DNA of 64,000 bases, taken from assembly GCA_965213625.1 (NCBI GenBank), contig CBDBZU010000004.1:800001-864000 (forward strand), in the 5' to 3' direction. The notes under the pieces are model-generated. The model saw only the letters and a program-made list of their open reading frames with translations. It was not told the origin of the DNA and did no database searches. Shown here piece after piece: positions 39,864-51,684 of the stretch. The stretch's first letter is position 1. Every line of letters begins with the position of its first letter. The position numbers and the translations under genes are program-made. This DNA comes from a bacterium (lineage in GTDB: Bacteria > UBA8248).

Positions 39864-41356
39864 TCGAACAAATCCTCGAAGGCATATCGATCGCGTTCAC
39901 CTTCCAGGCGATTGGCATGGTGGCGATAGGCGTTTTCGCAGGGATAACCGTGGGCGCGATTCCCGGCTTGACCGGCGTGATGGCGACGGCGATCCTCGTG
40001 CCGTTTTCGTTCTTCATGGCGCCCACGCTGGGCATCCCATTCCTGTTGGGCGTGCACAAGGGCGCGCTCTTCGGCGGCTCGATTCCGGCGATCCTCGTCA
40101 ACACGCCCGGAACGCCGCCCGCGGCGGCCACCTGCCTCGACGGATACCCACTCGCCCAGAAGGGCGAGGCGAAAAGCGCGATCCAGATGGCGCTCTACTC
40201 CTCCACCCTGGGTGATACGTTCAGCGACATCGCGCTCATCGTCGCGGCCATCCCGCTCGCGGCGATGGCGCTCAAGTTCGGGCCGGCGGATTTCTTCGGC
40301 CTGCTCGTCATGGGACTCACCGTCATATCGAGCGTCACCGGCGCATCGGTCTCGAAGGGCATCCTCTCCGCCCTCATCGGGCTGATGTTCGGCCTGGTGG
40401 GGCTGGACGCCATCTCGGGGGCGGAGCGATTCACCTTCAGCCTGCCCACGCTCGAGGGCGGCATCGGCCTCGTGCCCCTGCTCATCGGCCTGTTCGCGGT
40501 GAGCGAGGTGCTCATCCAGGTGGAGAAGAAGGTATCCCAACTCGCCGAAAAGCCGCCGACCTCCCACTTAAGGGGCGGGCGCTCGCTCAAGATGGAGGAG
40601 TTCACCGCTTCGGGCCGGACGATCTTCCGCTCCTCCATCATCGGCACCATAGTCGGCGCGATTCCGGGGACGGGCTCTTCCATCGCCACCTTCATCGGCT
40701 ACGGCGCGGCGAAGCGGGCTTCTAAAAAACCCGAGGAATTCGGCCACGGCAGCTACGAGGGCGTGGCGGCGGCGGAGGCGGCCAACAGCGCCGTGGCGGG
40801 AGCGGACCTCATCCCCACCCTCACGCTGGGCATACCCGGCGGGGGGACGGCGGCCATCCTGATGGGGGCGTTCATCGCCCAGGGCTTAAGGCCAGGACCG
40901 TCCCTGTTCGAGGAAAACGCCACGACGATGTACGCCATCTTCGCCCTGTTGCTGATTGGAAACCCCATCATGCTCGTCCAGGGCTGGCTGCTCACGGGCA
41001 TTTTCGCCTGGGTGGTCACCATCCGGCAGTCGCTTCTGCTGCCGTGCATCATCATGTTCTGCGTGGTGGGAGGCTACATCTTCCAGAACAACCTGGGCGA
41101 CGTGGAACTCTCGCTCATCGCGGGCGTGTTCGGCTACCTTCTCCGGAAGATGAACTACCCGCTCGCGCCGCTTGTCATCGCCTACATCATCACGCCGATG
41201 GCGGAACGCTCCTTCAAGCAGGCTCTGCTGCTCTCGCAAGGCGATTACTCGGTGTTCTTCACGCGCCCGATATCGCTGTTCTTCATTCTCTTGGCCGCAC
41301 TGATTCTTTTCATGAGCATCTGGAAGCGGCCCTGGGCGACGCCCGGGGGCGAATAG
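39860..41356 (+). CDS. tctA: tripartite tricarboxylate transporter TctA
   Basis: GAIPGL, ILVNTPGTP, DGYPLA, EAAN, LTLGIPG; GTGA overlap with tctB. Confidence 0.92.
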   Translation: MIEQILEGISIAFTFQAIGMVAIGVFAGITVGAIPGLTGVMATAILVPFSFFMAPTLGIPFLLGVHKGALFGGSIPAILVNTPGTPPAAATCLDGYPLAQKGEAKSAIQMALYSSTLGDTFSDIALIVAAIPLAAMALKFGPADFFGLLVMGLTVISSVTGASVSKGILSALIGLMFGLVGLDAISGAERFTFSLPTLEGGIGLVPLLIGLFAVSEVLIQVEKKVSQLAEKPPTSHLRGGRSLKMEEFTASGRTIFRSSIIGTIVGAIPGTGSSIATFIGYGAAKRASKKPEEFGHGSYEGVAAAEAANSAVAGADLIPTLTLGIPGGGTAAILMGAFIAQGLRPGPSLFEENATTMYAIFALLLIGNPIMLVQGWLLTGIFAWVVTIRQSLLLPCIIMFCVVGGYIFQNNLGDVELSLIAGVFGYLLRKMNYPLAPLVIAYIITPMAERSFKQALLLSQGDYSVFFTRPISLFFILLAALILFMSIWKRPWATPGGE

Positions 41357-41382
41357 ATGCCTACCCAAAAAGGAGACCGGAC

Positions 41383-42372
41383 ATGAAAATCACGAAAATG
41401 CTACCGGCAGGACTCGCGCTTGCGCTCGCACTCGTTTTCCTCGCGAGCGTGTCGCCTGCCGACGCCGCCAGAAAGTTTCCGTGGAAGCCCATCCGCGTCA
41501 TCGTGGCCCTGGGCGCGGGCGGGTCGCACGACATGAACTCCCGCGCCGTGGCGAGCGTCGCCAACGACTACTTCGGCCAGCCGATGATCGTGCAGCTCAT
41601 GCCGGGCGGCGGCGGAAAAATCGGGATGACGGCGCTCAAGCGGGCGAAGCCCGACGGCCACACCATCATGCTGGCTTCCGCATCCCACCTCACCATCGGC
41701 CCGCACGTGCGCAACATGGGCTACCACCCGCTCAAGGACTTCGTGCCCATTTTCATGATCAACAAGGCGGACTACATGATGGTCTCTCCGGCCTCGAAGC
41801 CCTGGAAGAATTTTAAGGAATTCGCCGCGGCGGCCAAGAAGAACCCCGGAAAGGTGAGTTACGGCTCCTCGGGCGTTTACGGGACGGGGCATCTGATGAT
41901 CCTCAAGATTATGGCCGACACGGGCATCAAGCTGAACCACATTCCCTTCAAGGGCGGCGGCCCCGCCTTCCGCGCCATGCTCGGCGGCCACGTGGACAGC
42001 GCGGGCGCGCTTCCCGCCACTGGCGGCACGCTGGGACGCTACAAGCGCGGGCAGTTGAACATCCTGGGCGTCTGCTCGGAGAAGCGGGTGCCGCTGTTCC
42101 CCAAGGTTCCGACCATGAAGGAAAACGGGGTGGACTTCATACTGGCTTCGAAGCGCTTCTACATTGGGCCCAAGGGTCTCCCGCAGGATCGCGTCGACTT
42201 CCTCGTGGAGGGCTTCAAGAAGCTGCTGAAGAACAAGTCCTACCGCAGGCTCATCAGCAAAATGGGCGAAGTGCCCACGCCGCTCTACGGCGAGGCGCTC
42301 AAAAAAGACCTCGCGGATGAATATAATCGTTTCGGGAAGATTTTCGCCAGCATCGGCGTGAAGAAGAAATAG
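41383..42372 (+). CDS. tctC: tripartite tricarboxylate transporter substrate-binding protein (Bug/TctC)
   Basis: FPWKPI.VIV..GAGG..D, PDGHT, IPFKGGG, VPTMKE. Confidence 0.92.
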   Translation: MKITKMLPAGLALALALVFLASVSPADAARKFPWKPIRVIVALGAGGSHDMNSRAVASVANDYFGQPMIVQLMPGGGGKIGMTALKRAKPDGHTIMLASASHLTIGPHVRNMGYHPLKDFVPIFMINKADYMMVSPASKPWKNFKEFAAAAKKNPGKVSYGSSGVYGTGHLMILKIMADTGIKLNHIPFKGGGPAFRAMLGGHVDSAGALPATGGTLGRYKRGQLNILGVCSEKRVPLFPKVPTMKENGVDFILASKRFYIGPKGLPQDRVDFLVEGFKKLLKNKSYRRLISKMGEVPTPLYGEALKKDLADEYNRFGKIFASIGVKKK

Positions 42373-42389
42373 GCCTCATCAAGAAAAAC

Positions 42390-42417
42390 CGCCGGGGCCT
42401 CGCGCGAGGCCCCGGCG
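42390..42417. terminator. perfect GC hairpin downstream of tctC
   Basis: CGCCGGGGCCTCG-CG-CGAGGCCCCGGCG; A-run on the left side only. Confidence 0.6.
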
Positions 42418-42492
42418 AACCTTCCCCCATCGGTCAGGTTCGACCTCCCTCATCCGGGCTGTTGAAAAACCCTCATCAGTCGGGTTTGGTCT

Positions 42493-42520
42493 GTAGGGGT
42501 CGCATATATGCGGCCCCTAC
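42493..42520. repeat. GTAG-type palindrome GTAGGGGTCGCATATATGCGGCCCCTAC
   Basis: Related doublet at 48791-48860 and a half copy at 56291-56305. Confidence 0.7.
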
Positions 42521-42824
42521 ACCAGGTTTACAACCAGAACGACGTGCGAGGTGAGGGCATGAAAGAGACGAAAAGGCAAAGTCAAAATGGATTACGTCGA
42601 ACCCTCATTCATCAATCGCGTTTGACCCGACCGAGGAGAGAGCAAGATTCACTCCCCCCTTGAGGGGGTCGGGCTTCCCGAGGGGAAAGCCCGACAGAAG
42701 CCGAGCGTTTTTTGCGAAGGCTGATGCGGTGGGGGGTGAATCGCGTTTTATCGCTACTCCGACTCATACCCCCCCACCGGCGCGACTTCGGGCTTCGCCC
42801 TCGTCTTGCCGACTCCCCCTCAAA

Positions 42825-44344
42825 GGGGCTGTTGAAAAAGCCCCGGCATTGTGATTGGGTGTAATGACACTATCTCGCCCGAGATGGGAGTTCCCTCGAT
42901 GATAGGCAGCAAGAGGCGCGAGCAGATGGATTTGTTCGTGGCCGGTTCGCTGGAACGGCTGATCCCCGAGGATCACGTCCTGATGCGCGTGGACCACGTA
43001 CTGGATTTGAGCTGGCTACGGGAGGAGGTGGCGGATTGCTATTGCGCGGATAACGGTCGTCCGGGGATCGACCCGGAGGTGGCGCTCCGCTTGATGCTGG
43101 CGGGTATGTTGCTGGGCTACGTTCACGACCGTCGCCTGCTTCGCGAGGCGCGTGCGCACCTGGCGATCCGGTGGTTCATCGGGTACGGGCTGCACGAGGA
43201 GTTGCCGCATCATTCGAGCCTGACGCGGATACGTCAGCGCTGGGGGGAGGCACGGTTCAAGGAGATATTCCGTCGCACGGTGCAGGCTTGCCTGGAGGCG
43301 AATGTGGCGAAGGGGGAAGTGGTGCACGTGGACGCCTCGTTGATACGCGCGGACGTGAGCTGGGAGAGCCTGGCGGCGCACCACGCGGAGAAGGTGATTC
43401 AGGAGAATCCCGTCGATGATGAGGTCGGGAAGAAGGGAGGAGGCCGCGGTGGCGGGGGTCCGGTGAGCCGGACGGACCCGGACGCGCGGCTTGCGCGCAA
43501 GAGCGCGCGGGCGGGGTTCGAGCCGAGCTACAAGCAGCACGCGGCGGTGGACGATGAGCGGGGTGTTGTTCTCGACGTGTCGGTGACGGAGGGGACGCGG
43601 AACGAGCGTGAGATGATGGCGTCCCATATAGAGGCGGTAAGCGAGTTGTCGGGCCGCACGCCGGAGATGGTGACGGCGGATTCGGGGTACGCGTACTCGA
43701 AGGTTTACGGCGAATTGGAGCGGCGGGGCGTGGAAGCGCTGATACCAGCGAAGAAGGAACCCAGCCAGAGCCGTGTTCCGCTGCAGTTGTTCCACTACGA
43801 CGCGCGCAACGAGGTGGTGAAGTGTCCGGGAGGCAAGACGCTGCGCCCCCGGCAGGCGACGGAGCGGGGGCGCTCCTATGTATCGAAGACGCGGGATTGC
43901 GCGGGCTGCGCGCTCAGGCCCGATTGTCTGTCGAAGTCGCGCACGAGCAGGACGGTGTTGATTCCGCACGCGTATCCGGCGCTGTTGCGCGCGCGTCGGC
44001 GGCATGCGCGCTGGGGGGAGGAGGAGAAGCGTCTCTATGGCCGCCACCGTTGGCGCTCGGAGGGCTACCACGGCGAGGCGAAGAGCCGGCACGGACTGGG
44101 GCGGGCGGTGCGCCGGGGCCTTGCGAACATGCGGATCCAGTCCTACCTGACGGCGATAGCGGTGAACCTCAAGCGGCTGGCCGCCGCTTTTGCGGCGCGT
44201 ATATTCGCCTTGTGGACGGCCTGTGCCGCCCGGAGACGCCGGCTGCGCGCACATGGCGCCCTCACGCGCCGATTGGGCTGCCTCCCCGCCGCCGCGTGAG
44301 CCGCCAAAACGCCCGCTTCCAACACCGGGTTTTTCAACAGACCC
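42825..44344 (+). mobile_element. IS1182-family insertion sequence, copy 3
   Basis: GGGGCTGTTGAAAAAGCCC...GGGTTTTTCAACAGACCC; flanks CTCAA+A and CTCAA. Confidence 0.9.
42851..44299 (+). CDS. IS1182-family DDE transposase
   Basis: 482-aa ORF, near-identical to the other copies. Confidence 0.9.
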   Translation: MIGCNDTISPEMGVPSMIGSKRREQMDLFVAGSLERLIPEDHVLMRVDHVLDLSWLREEVADCYCADNGRPGIDPEVALRLMLAGMLLGYVHDRRLLREARAHLAIRWFIGYGLHEELPHHSSLTRIRQRWGEARFKEIFRRTVQACLEANVAKGEVVHVDASLIRADVSWESLAAHHAEKVIQENPVDDEVGKKGGGRGGGGPVSRTDPDARLARKSARAGFEPSYKQHAAVDDERGVVLDVSVTEGTRNEREMMASHIEAVSELSGRTPEMVTADSGYAYSKVYGELERRGVEALIPAKKEPSQSRVPLQLFHYDARNEVVKCPGGKTLRPRQATERGRSYVSKTRDCAGCALRPDCLSKSRTSRTVLIPHAYPALLRARRRHARWGEEEKRLYGRHRWRSEGYHGEAKSRHGLGRAVRRGLANMRIQSYLTAIAVNLKRLAAAFAARIFALWTACAARRRRLRAHGALTRRLGCLPAAA

Positions 44345-44462
44345 CTCAAGGGGGGAGTGATTTTCCTCTTTCGTTGATTGTGCCTTACCCTCAAGGGGCT
44401 GTTAAAAAACCCGGTTCTGGCAGCGAGCGCGTACCCCTCGTCATTTATGGCTACCGAAACGA

Positions 44463-44603
44463 CCTCACGCTGAGTAGCCGCCGTAGGCGGCGTATCGAAG
44501 GGCGAGGGGAGTCGAACGTCTCGCGCCGGGGCAAGAGGCAATTCCTCCTTCATTAGTCGGAATTGACCTTCGATACGTGGCTTCGCCGCTACTCAGGATG
44601 AGG
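44463..44603. repeat. inverted doublet repeat CCTCA..CTGAGTAG...CGTATCGAAGG / CCTTCGATACG...CTACTCAG..TGAGG
   Basis: Second copy at 58145-58279. Confidence 0.7.
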
Positions 44604-44670
44604 GTTCGGAGCGCTTACTCGCGATGAGGGAAGTTCCAAGCTGCACAGGGCGAGGAAGGCGGTTGCGCCC

Positions 44671-45405
44671 TCAAGGCGAATCGACCGGTGGCCAGATGCG
44701 CTTCCCGGTGCTCGGCGAGCCGGGCGCGTGAACGAGGCTGCCCACCATCTCGCGCGACCAGTCCTCGCTCTCGAGTTCTTTCTGGAAATAATGCTCGACG
44801 GAAGTGTTCAGGTCGAACTCATAGAGCACGGCGTGCTTGGCCCACCCGCAGACAGAAACGAGCTTGCGCATTCCCACGCATCCATCGAGCGTCCGCATGC
44901 GCGGAAAGCGAAGCTGCACGTACCACGCACCCATGCCCTCTTCGTTCTCGAGCGCGTTGCTGTTGAAGCTGCCCATCTGGACCCTGGGCCCCGGCGTGAT
45001 GCCCGGTGCGCGCTGCGCGATCTCGGGACCGTCGATGCGGCCCGTCTCCACGAAGACGCATTCACGCACGCCTTCGCGCATCCCCAGCATCTCTCGCTCA
45101 TCCGGCCCCCATTTTTCGGCCAACTGAGCCGGAGAAGGATTCAGGAAGGTATGGACGCTCTCCGCGCCGAAAAGCATGAGATATCCGTTGCCGGTCGGCA
45201 CGGAAGGGTCGTCCGTATGCGTGAGGCGCCTGTTCACGTTTTCTCTGCGCTCCTCGCTCTTGTCGTTGTCCACGTGCGCCGCCCAGAGGTAGCCTGAGCG
45301 CTCCAGCATCTCGGGGAGATGCACCTCGTGCAGCCATTCGATGTATTCGTTCGCCCCATCGGCGGGCAGGTCGTACCATGTCGCCCAAATCGCCCTGTCC
45401 ATCAA
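44671..45405 (-). CDS. hypothetical protein, probable two-repeat dimeric alpha/beta barrel (EthD/DUF4286-like)
   Basis: Repeated pattern W...H/R.P.M....G in both halves; AAGGAG RBS. Confidence 0.6.
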   Translation of the reverse strand: MMDRAIWATWYDLPADGANEYIEWLHEVHLPEMLERSGYLWAAHVDNDKSEERRENVNRRLTHTDDPSVPTGNGYLMLFGAESVHTFLNPSPAQLAEKWGPDEREMLGMREGVRECVFVETGRIDGPEIAQRAPGITPGPRVQMGSFNSNALENEEGMGAWYVQLRFPRMRTLDGCVGMRKLVSVCGWAKHAVLYEFDLNTSVEHYFQKELESEDWSREMVGSLVHAPGSPSTGKRIWPPVDSP

Positions 45406-45439
45406 ATTTCTCCTTGCGCCTCATGTCCCAAATAATGAA

Positions 45440-47002
<1,563 letters not shown>

Positions 47003-47096
47003 CTTTACTCCTCCCGGTCTCCAAAATGATGAAGAGGAAGGGTATCATATAAACGAGGATTTGGTGTTGATAAACTCATCGATAAAAGATCATGAT

Positions 47097-48260
47097 ATGA
47101 AACCGCTATCGCTCTACGTCCATATTCCCTTCTGCATCGCCAAGTGCGGGTATTGCGATTTCAACTCCTACGCCCTGGACACTTTGCTGGAAAAAGGCCA
47201 TGCCGCCGAGGGCTGGGCGCGCCGCTACGCGGATGCACTGATGGAGGAAACCAGAAGCCGCCTTGATGAATTCTCTTTGAAAGGCCGGGAGGTCGACACG
47301 ATATTCTTCGGCGGAGGCACGCCCTCGCTCTTTCCGGCGGAAGAGACGAGGCGAGTCCTGGACTTCATCGCCGCATCGTTCGACCTTGCGACGGATTGTG
47401 AGATCACGCTCGAGGCAAACCCGGGGGCGGCGGAGGCCGAGCGCTTCGCCGCGCTGCGCGAGGCGGGCATCAACCGCATCAGCATCGGCGTCCAGACGTT
47501 CGACGATGAAGCGCTGGGGAGGCTCGACCGGGTCCACACGGGCAATGACGCGCAAACCGCCTTTCGCTCCGCGCGCGAGGCGGGCTTCACCAACGTCTCG
47601 CTCGACCTGATGTTCGGCATCCCGTATCAGACGATAGATATGGCCGTGCGCGACATCGAGTGCGCTCTCGAGCTGGGGCCCGAGCACCTCTCCGCCTATG
47701 AGCTGACCATCGAGCCGGGCACGGCGTTTCATGCGCGACAGGCGCGGGGGGAACTAGGCGGCCTCCCCGATGAGGAGACGGCGCTTCGCATGTGGGAACT
47801 CAGGGATTCCGCTCTCAATTACGCAGGCTATGAGCGTTATGAGATCAGCAACTTCGCAAGGCCCGGCTTCGCGTGCAGGCACAACCTGAACTACTGGCGG
47901 CGGGGGGATTATCTCGGTTTGGGCGCGGGCGCGCATTCCCTCATTGAGGGGGAGCGCTTGTGGAACCACGCCAGGCCGGACGTATATACGAAGAACGCAA
48001 GCGACCCCGCAGTCGGCAAAGAGCGCGTGGATGAGCCCGAAAAAGCGCTCGGCGAGGCGTTGATGCTCGGCCTGCGGGTGAAGGAGGGCGTCTCGCTTGC
48101 GCGAATCGCACGAGAATGCGGCGCGGACCCAGAAGATTCGTTCGGGGCGTTGTTTGAAGAACTGGAGACTTCCGGTCTGGTGGCGAGAGAGAACGGCCAG
48201 CTTCGGCTTTCGGATAAGGGAACCCTTCTCGCCAATCAGGTGCTGGCGAAATTCTTATAA
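47097..48260 (+). CDS. hemW: radical SAM heme chaperone HemW
   Basis: LYVHIPFCxxKCxYCDF, GGGTPS, YEISNFA, HNLNYW. Confidence 0.93.
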   Translation: MKPLSLYVHIPFCIAKCGYCDFNSYALDTLLEKGHAAEGWARRYADALMEETRSRLDEFSLKGREVDTIFFGGGTPSLFPAEETRRVLDFIAASFDLATDCEITLEANPGAAEAERFAALREAGINRISIGVQTFDDEALGRLDRVHTGNDAQTAFRSAREAGFTNVSLDLMFGIPYQTIDMAVRDIECALELGPEHLSAYELTIEPGTAFHARQARGELGGLPDEETALRMWELRDSALNYAGYERYEISNFARPGFACRHNLNYWRRGDYLGLGAGAHSLIEGERLWNHARPDVYTKNASDPAVGKERVDEPEKALGEALMLGLRVKEGVSLARIARECGADPEDSFGALFEELETSGLVARENGQLRLSDKGTLLANQVLAKFL

Positions 48261-48272
48261 AGGAGAACACGC

Positions 48273-48692
48273 ATGCCTCCCGTAGCGGTCATCGAAAAAA
48301 TACGCGCACAGGCCCAAGAGGTGTTCAGCTTCATCGGTCATGTGGAAACGCACCCGCAAATCGCGGATTTCAGCCAGAGCGTCAAAATTATCTCAGAGCA
48401 AAAAAGCGGGGTGGGTATGCGATTTCACCAGGTCTACACGAGCGGGGTGGAGCACGTCTCTGAGATCGTCACCTGGGAGCCGGGCCGGAAAATCGTCTGG
48501 CACAACTTCGAGGGCGACTCGACAACGCCCGTCATGATCATCAGCTACTACTTCGAGGAAGAAGGCCCCTTCACGCACATTCTCCACACAGTCGAGTGCG
48601 ACGAGTACGAGAACCAGGCCAAGCACCGCGACGGCACGCTCAGGAACATCCGTGAACTGGCGAATTTGAAGCGGATTCTGGAGGGGGAGTAG
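48273..48692 (+). CDS. SRPBCC/START-domain protein
   Basis: I.A...VFSFI, GVG.RF, WEPGRKI.W, C-terminal LANLKRILE helix. Confidence 0.7.
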   Translation: MPPVAVIEKIRAQAQEVFSFIGHVETHPQIADFSQSVKIISEQKSGVGMRFHQVYTSGVEHVSEIVTWEPGRKIVWHNFEGDSTTPVMIISYYFEEEGPFTHILHTVECDEYENQAKHRDGTLRNIRELANLKRILEGE

Positions 48693-48790
48693 GGGGGAGA
48701 CTGAATGCGTGGGATTTTTTAGCTCGTCATCGGCTTCCTCGAAGGAGAGGCCCGACCTTCAAGATATGTAAACACCTGCCTACCTGTCTT

Positions 48791-48860
48791 GCAGGGGTCG
48801 CATACATGCGACCCGCAATATGTCGGCGAAAAAGCAGGGACGCATATATGCGTCCCCTAC
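48791..48860. repeat. GTAG-type REP doublet
   Basis: GCAGGGGTCGCATACATGCGACCC ... GGGACGCATATATGCGTCCCCTAC. Confidence 0.7.
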
Positions 48861-48920
48861 ACTCTCTGGTCTCTACCGTGATGAGGGTGTCAATCGCTCC
48901 TTCATCAATCGCGATTGACA

Positions 48921-50696
48921 TCACAAAACCTCCTCCCACTCCGCGCTGAGCCGCTTCCCGACATCCGGGTCGACGAGGACCGTCTCGTGCTCCCCTATCA
49001 GCACCTGGCCGGGGCGCCGCCCCTTGGGCTTCCTCAAGCGCGAGAAGGGGAGGTAGGCGACGGTGAGCCTGGAATCCGTCCGGCCACGGCTGAAATAGGC
49101 AGCGAACGCCGCCGCCTGGGCGAGCGTTTCCGGGTCCGGCTCCACGGGCGGCCCATCGCCCATGCGGCGCAAGAGCACGTGGCTGCCCGGAACCCCGCGC
49201 GCGTGAAACCAGGTATCGCTCGCCCGGCCCACGCTCTTAAGTATCTCGTCGTTGCCCATCGCGTTCTTGCCGACGATTACCTCCCAACCCGCAGGAGAGA
49301 CGAACCGCCGGTGGGGCCTGGCGCGCGCCGCCGACCTGCCCTTCGGGCGCGGGTCTTTCTTCCGCCTCCCACCTCCGCGCCCCGCGTGGGCCGACCGCGC
49401 TAACGCTTCTTCCACGCTTGCAACATCCTCGACCGCATCCGCCGTTTCCAGATCGAACGCCAGCGCGCCGATGAACTTCTCTTCTTCCTCCATCTCCTGG
49501 AGACGCACCAGCCCGGTCGAGGCGCGGCGTTTGAGCTTCTTGTAGCGGCGGAAATACCTCTGCGCGTTCTCCGAGGGCGTGAACCTGGGGTCGAGCGCGA
49601 TTTCGATGTGCCCATCTTCCGCAGGAACGGAAACGACGCTCGCCTTCTCCTCCACCGCGTCCAGATGCGCGAGCAGAAGCTCGCCTTTTCTCAATACCGC
49701 ATCCGCCTCTTCGGCGGAGGCCAGATCCCTGCGCACTCCCTCAATGGAGGCGCGCACCCTATCCCCCGCGCGGCGGAGCATTCTGGCAACCACTTTTTTC
49801 CGCTCATCAAGCCGGAATTCTTTCGTGGACCGCCCATAAAACGCATCCGCCGCCTCGTTCATGGAGTCGAACGGGCGGTACTTGGCCGCATCGCCGCTCG
49901 CGATTTTCGCCGCGCTCAATCCCACGGGCTCACCGCTTTCTCCCAGAACCCAAGCGGGGGAGAATTCCTTTTTCCGGTAGCTCTCGACCGCCCCCATCAA
50001 CGCATCCGCAGCACCCGCCCAGCCACCTTCGGCATTTGAGGCGCTCGTTATCTCACGAGCGAGAGCTGGACTCACGCCCGCGACCGAGCGAACCAGCCAT
50101 TTTGAGAACTCCTTCTGATCGGCGGAGTCTATATCCTCCTCGCGAATCATCTCCAAGAGCGCTTCTTTCGTGAGCGCGCCCGGATTCTGCTTTTTCTGCT
50201 CGGGCGGCAGCTGATACCTCCCCCCCCTCTCGAGCGGTCGCGGGGTGTGGGGGCCGGGGGGCACGAATCTCTTGGCCTCCAGAATCTCGCCCGTCGCGCC
50301 TTGCAAGAGCACGAGGTTGCTCCAGCGGCCCATCACCTCCGCCATGAGCGCGAAGGAATCGCTATGTCCCGAGCCGCCGCCCCGCTCGAAGGAGAACTGG
50401 AGCACGCGCTCCCACTCTCCCGCCGCCACGCGGGTGAGGCGATGGCCGCTCAAGTGTTTTCTGAGCGCGCGGCAAAAGGTGGGCGCCTCGGGCAGGCTCG
50501 GAGGCGGGTCCGCCGTCAGGTGAACGCGCGGGTGCGCTGGATCCGTGCTTATCAGGAGGGCGCGTTTTTCTCTTCTCGCGCCCGAGATATAGAGGACGAT
50601 CGTGTGCGCGTCGGTCTGGGAGATTCTCTCCAGGCGCGCGCCCAGAAGGCTCCCGGTCAACTCCGCCGCAATCGCCTGAAGCACGAAAGTATCCAT
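48921..50696 (-). CDS. rqcH: Rqc2/RqcH (NFACT, FbpA-like) ribosome quality-control protein
   Basis: F..ALRKHL, EVMGR.SN, NAQRYF..YKK, VGKN...ND, WFH...PGSHV. Confidence 0.9.
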   Translation of the reverse strand: MDTFVLQAIAAELTGSLLGARLERISQTDAHTIVLYISGARREKRALLISTDPAHPRVHLTADPPPSLPEAPTFCRALRKHLSGHRLTRVAAGEWERVLQFSFERGGGSGHSDSFALMAEVMGRWSNLVLLQGATGEILEAKRFVPPGPHTPRPLERGGRYQLPPEQKKQNPGALTKEALLEMIREEDIDSADQKEFSKWLVRSVAGVSPALAREITSASNAEGGWAGAADALMGAVESYRKKEFSPAWVLGESGEPVGLSAAKIASGDAAKYRPFDSMNEAADAFYGRSTKEFRLDERKKVVARMLRRAGDRVRASIEGVRRDLASAEEADAVLRKGELLLAHLDAVEEKASVVSVPAEDGHIEIALDPRFTPSENAQRYFRRYKKLKRRASTGLVRLQEMEEEEKFIGALAFDLETADAVEDVASVEEALARSAHAGRGGGRRKKDPRPKGRSAARARPHRRFVSPAGWEVIVGKNAMGNDEILKSVGRASDTWFHARGVPGSHVLLRRMGDGPPVEPDPETLAQAAAFAAYFSRGRTDSRLTVAYLPFSRLRKPKGRRPGQVLIGEHETVLVDPDVGKRLSAEWEEVL

Positions 50697-50737
50697 AATT
50701 CACCCCAAACCGAGAACATCTTTTCGAAGCGCGCAAA

Positions 50738-50766
50738 TTGACACGCCCCGAGCGGAAAATTATTGT
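50738..50766 (+). promoter_or_regulatory. putative sigma70 promoter of the yicC operon
   Basis: TTGACA-N17-TATTGT. Confidence 0.6.
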
Positions 50767-50796
50767 AGACTCTTTCCGGTGGGCTGTTAACAACGC

Positions 50797-51684
50797 ATGA
50801 CGGAGCGGAGCATGATAGACAGCATGACGGGTTACGGCGCGGGGGAGAGGCCGCTGGGCGAGGCCGCCATCAGCGTGGAGGCGCGCTCGGTGAACCACCG
50901 CTACCTGGAGGTCTCCTGCCGGGGGCCGCGCTGGTCGCTCGCCCTGGAGAATGAGGTGCGCGAGGCGGTGAAAAAGCGCTTCTCCCGGGGGCGATTCGAC
51001 ATCTATATCCGCTCGGGCGAGGAGGGGAACCACACATCCCCCATCGACGCCGAAGCCGCGAAATCCCTGCTCGCCACCCTGAAATCACTGAAAAGCGAAC
51101 TGGGAATCGCGGGCGAGATTGACCTTTCGATACTCACCGGCTTCAGAGATCTGCTCAAGAGCGCCGAGCCCGAACCCGAGAAGGACGAGATTCGGGCCGT
51201 GCTGATGGCATCGCTCGGCGACGCGCTGGGCGCCCTGGGCCTCATGCGCGAGAAAGAGGGCGGCGCGCTATCGAAAGACATCTGCGAGCATCTCGACACC
51301 GTGAAAAAGGGTTGCGGCGAGATACGCGAACGCCTGCCCGAGGCGCGCAAGCTGCTCACCGAACGGATGCGTGAGCGGATTCTCGAAATCGCAGACGGCG
51401 TCGAGATGGACGAAGGGCGCCTGGAGCAGGAGATGATTTATGCCGCCGAGCGAGGCGACATCAGCGAGGAACTCAGCCGTCTCGACAGCCACGTCGTCCA
51501 GTTTCGCGAGATGCTGGAGGGCGAAGGCCCCATCGGCCGGAAACTCGATTTCCTCACCCAGGAGATGAACCGCGAGGCCAACACGATCTCGTCCAAATCC
51601 ATCGACCTCATCCTCACCCAGAGCGCGGTCGAAGTAAAAAGCGCCATCGAGAAAATCCGCGAACAAGTACAGAACGTGGAATGA
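50797..51684 (+). CDS. yicC: YicC/YloC family endoribonuclease
   Basis: SMTGYG, SVNHRY, GRKLDFL.QEMNRE.NT..SK, REQVQNVE. Confidence 0.95.
   Translation: MTERSMIDSMTGYGAGERPLGEAAISVEARSVNHRYLEVSCRGPRWSLALENEVREAVKKRFSRGRFDIYIRSGEEGNHTSPIDAEAAKSLLATLKSLKSELGIAGEIDLSILTGFRDLLKSAEPEPEKDEIRAVLMASLGDALGALGLMREKEGGALSKDICEHLDTVKKGCGEIRERLPEARKLLTERMRERILEIADGVEMDEGRLEQEMIYAAERGDISEELSRLDSHVVQFREMLEGEGPIGRKLDFLTQEMNREANTISSKSIDLILTQSAVEVKSAIEKIREQVQNVE

Larger units (their letters stand above)
42651..44358. repeat. REP doublet interrupted by IS copy 3
   Basis: Same hairpin and inner repeats as 6419-6584; TIR-like end GGGCTGTTGAAAAACCC upstream at 42456. Confidence 0.8.
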
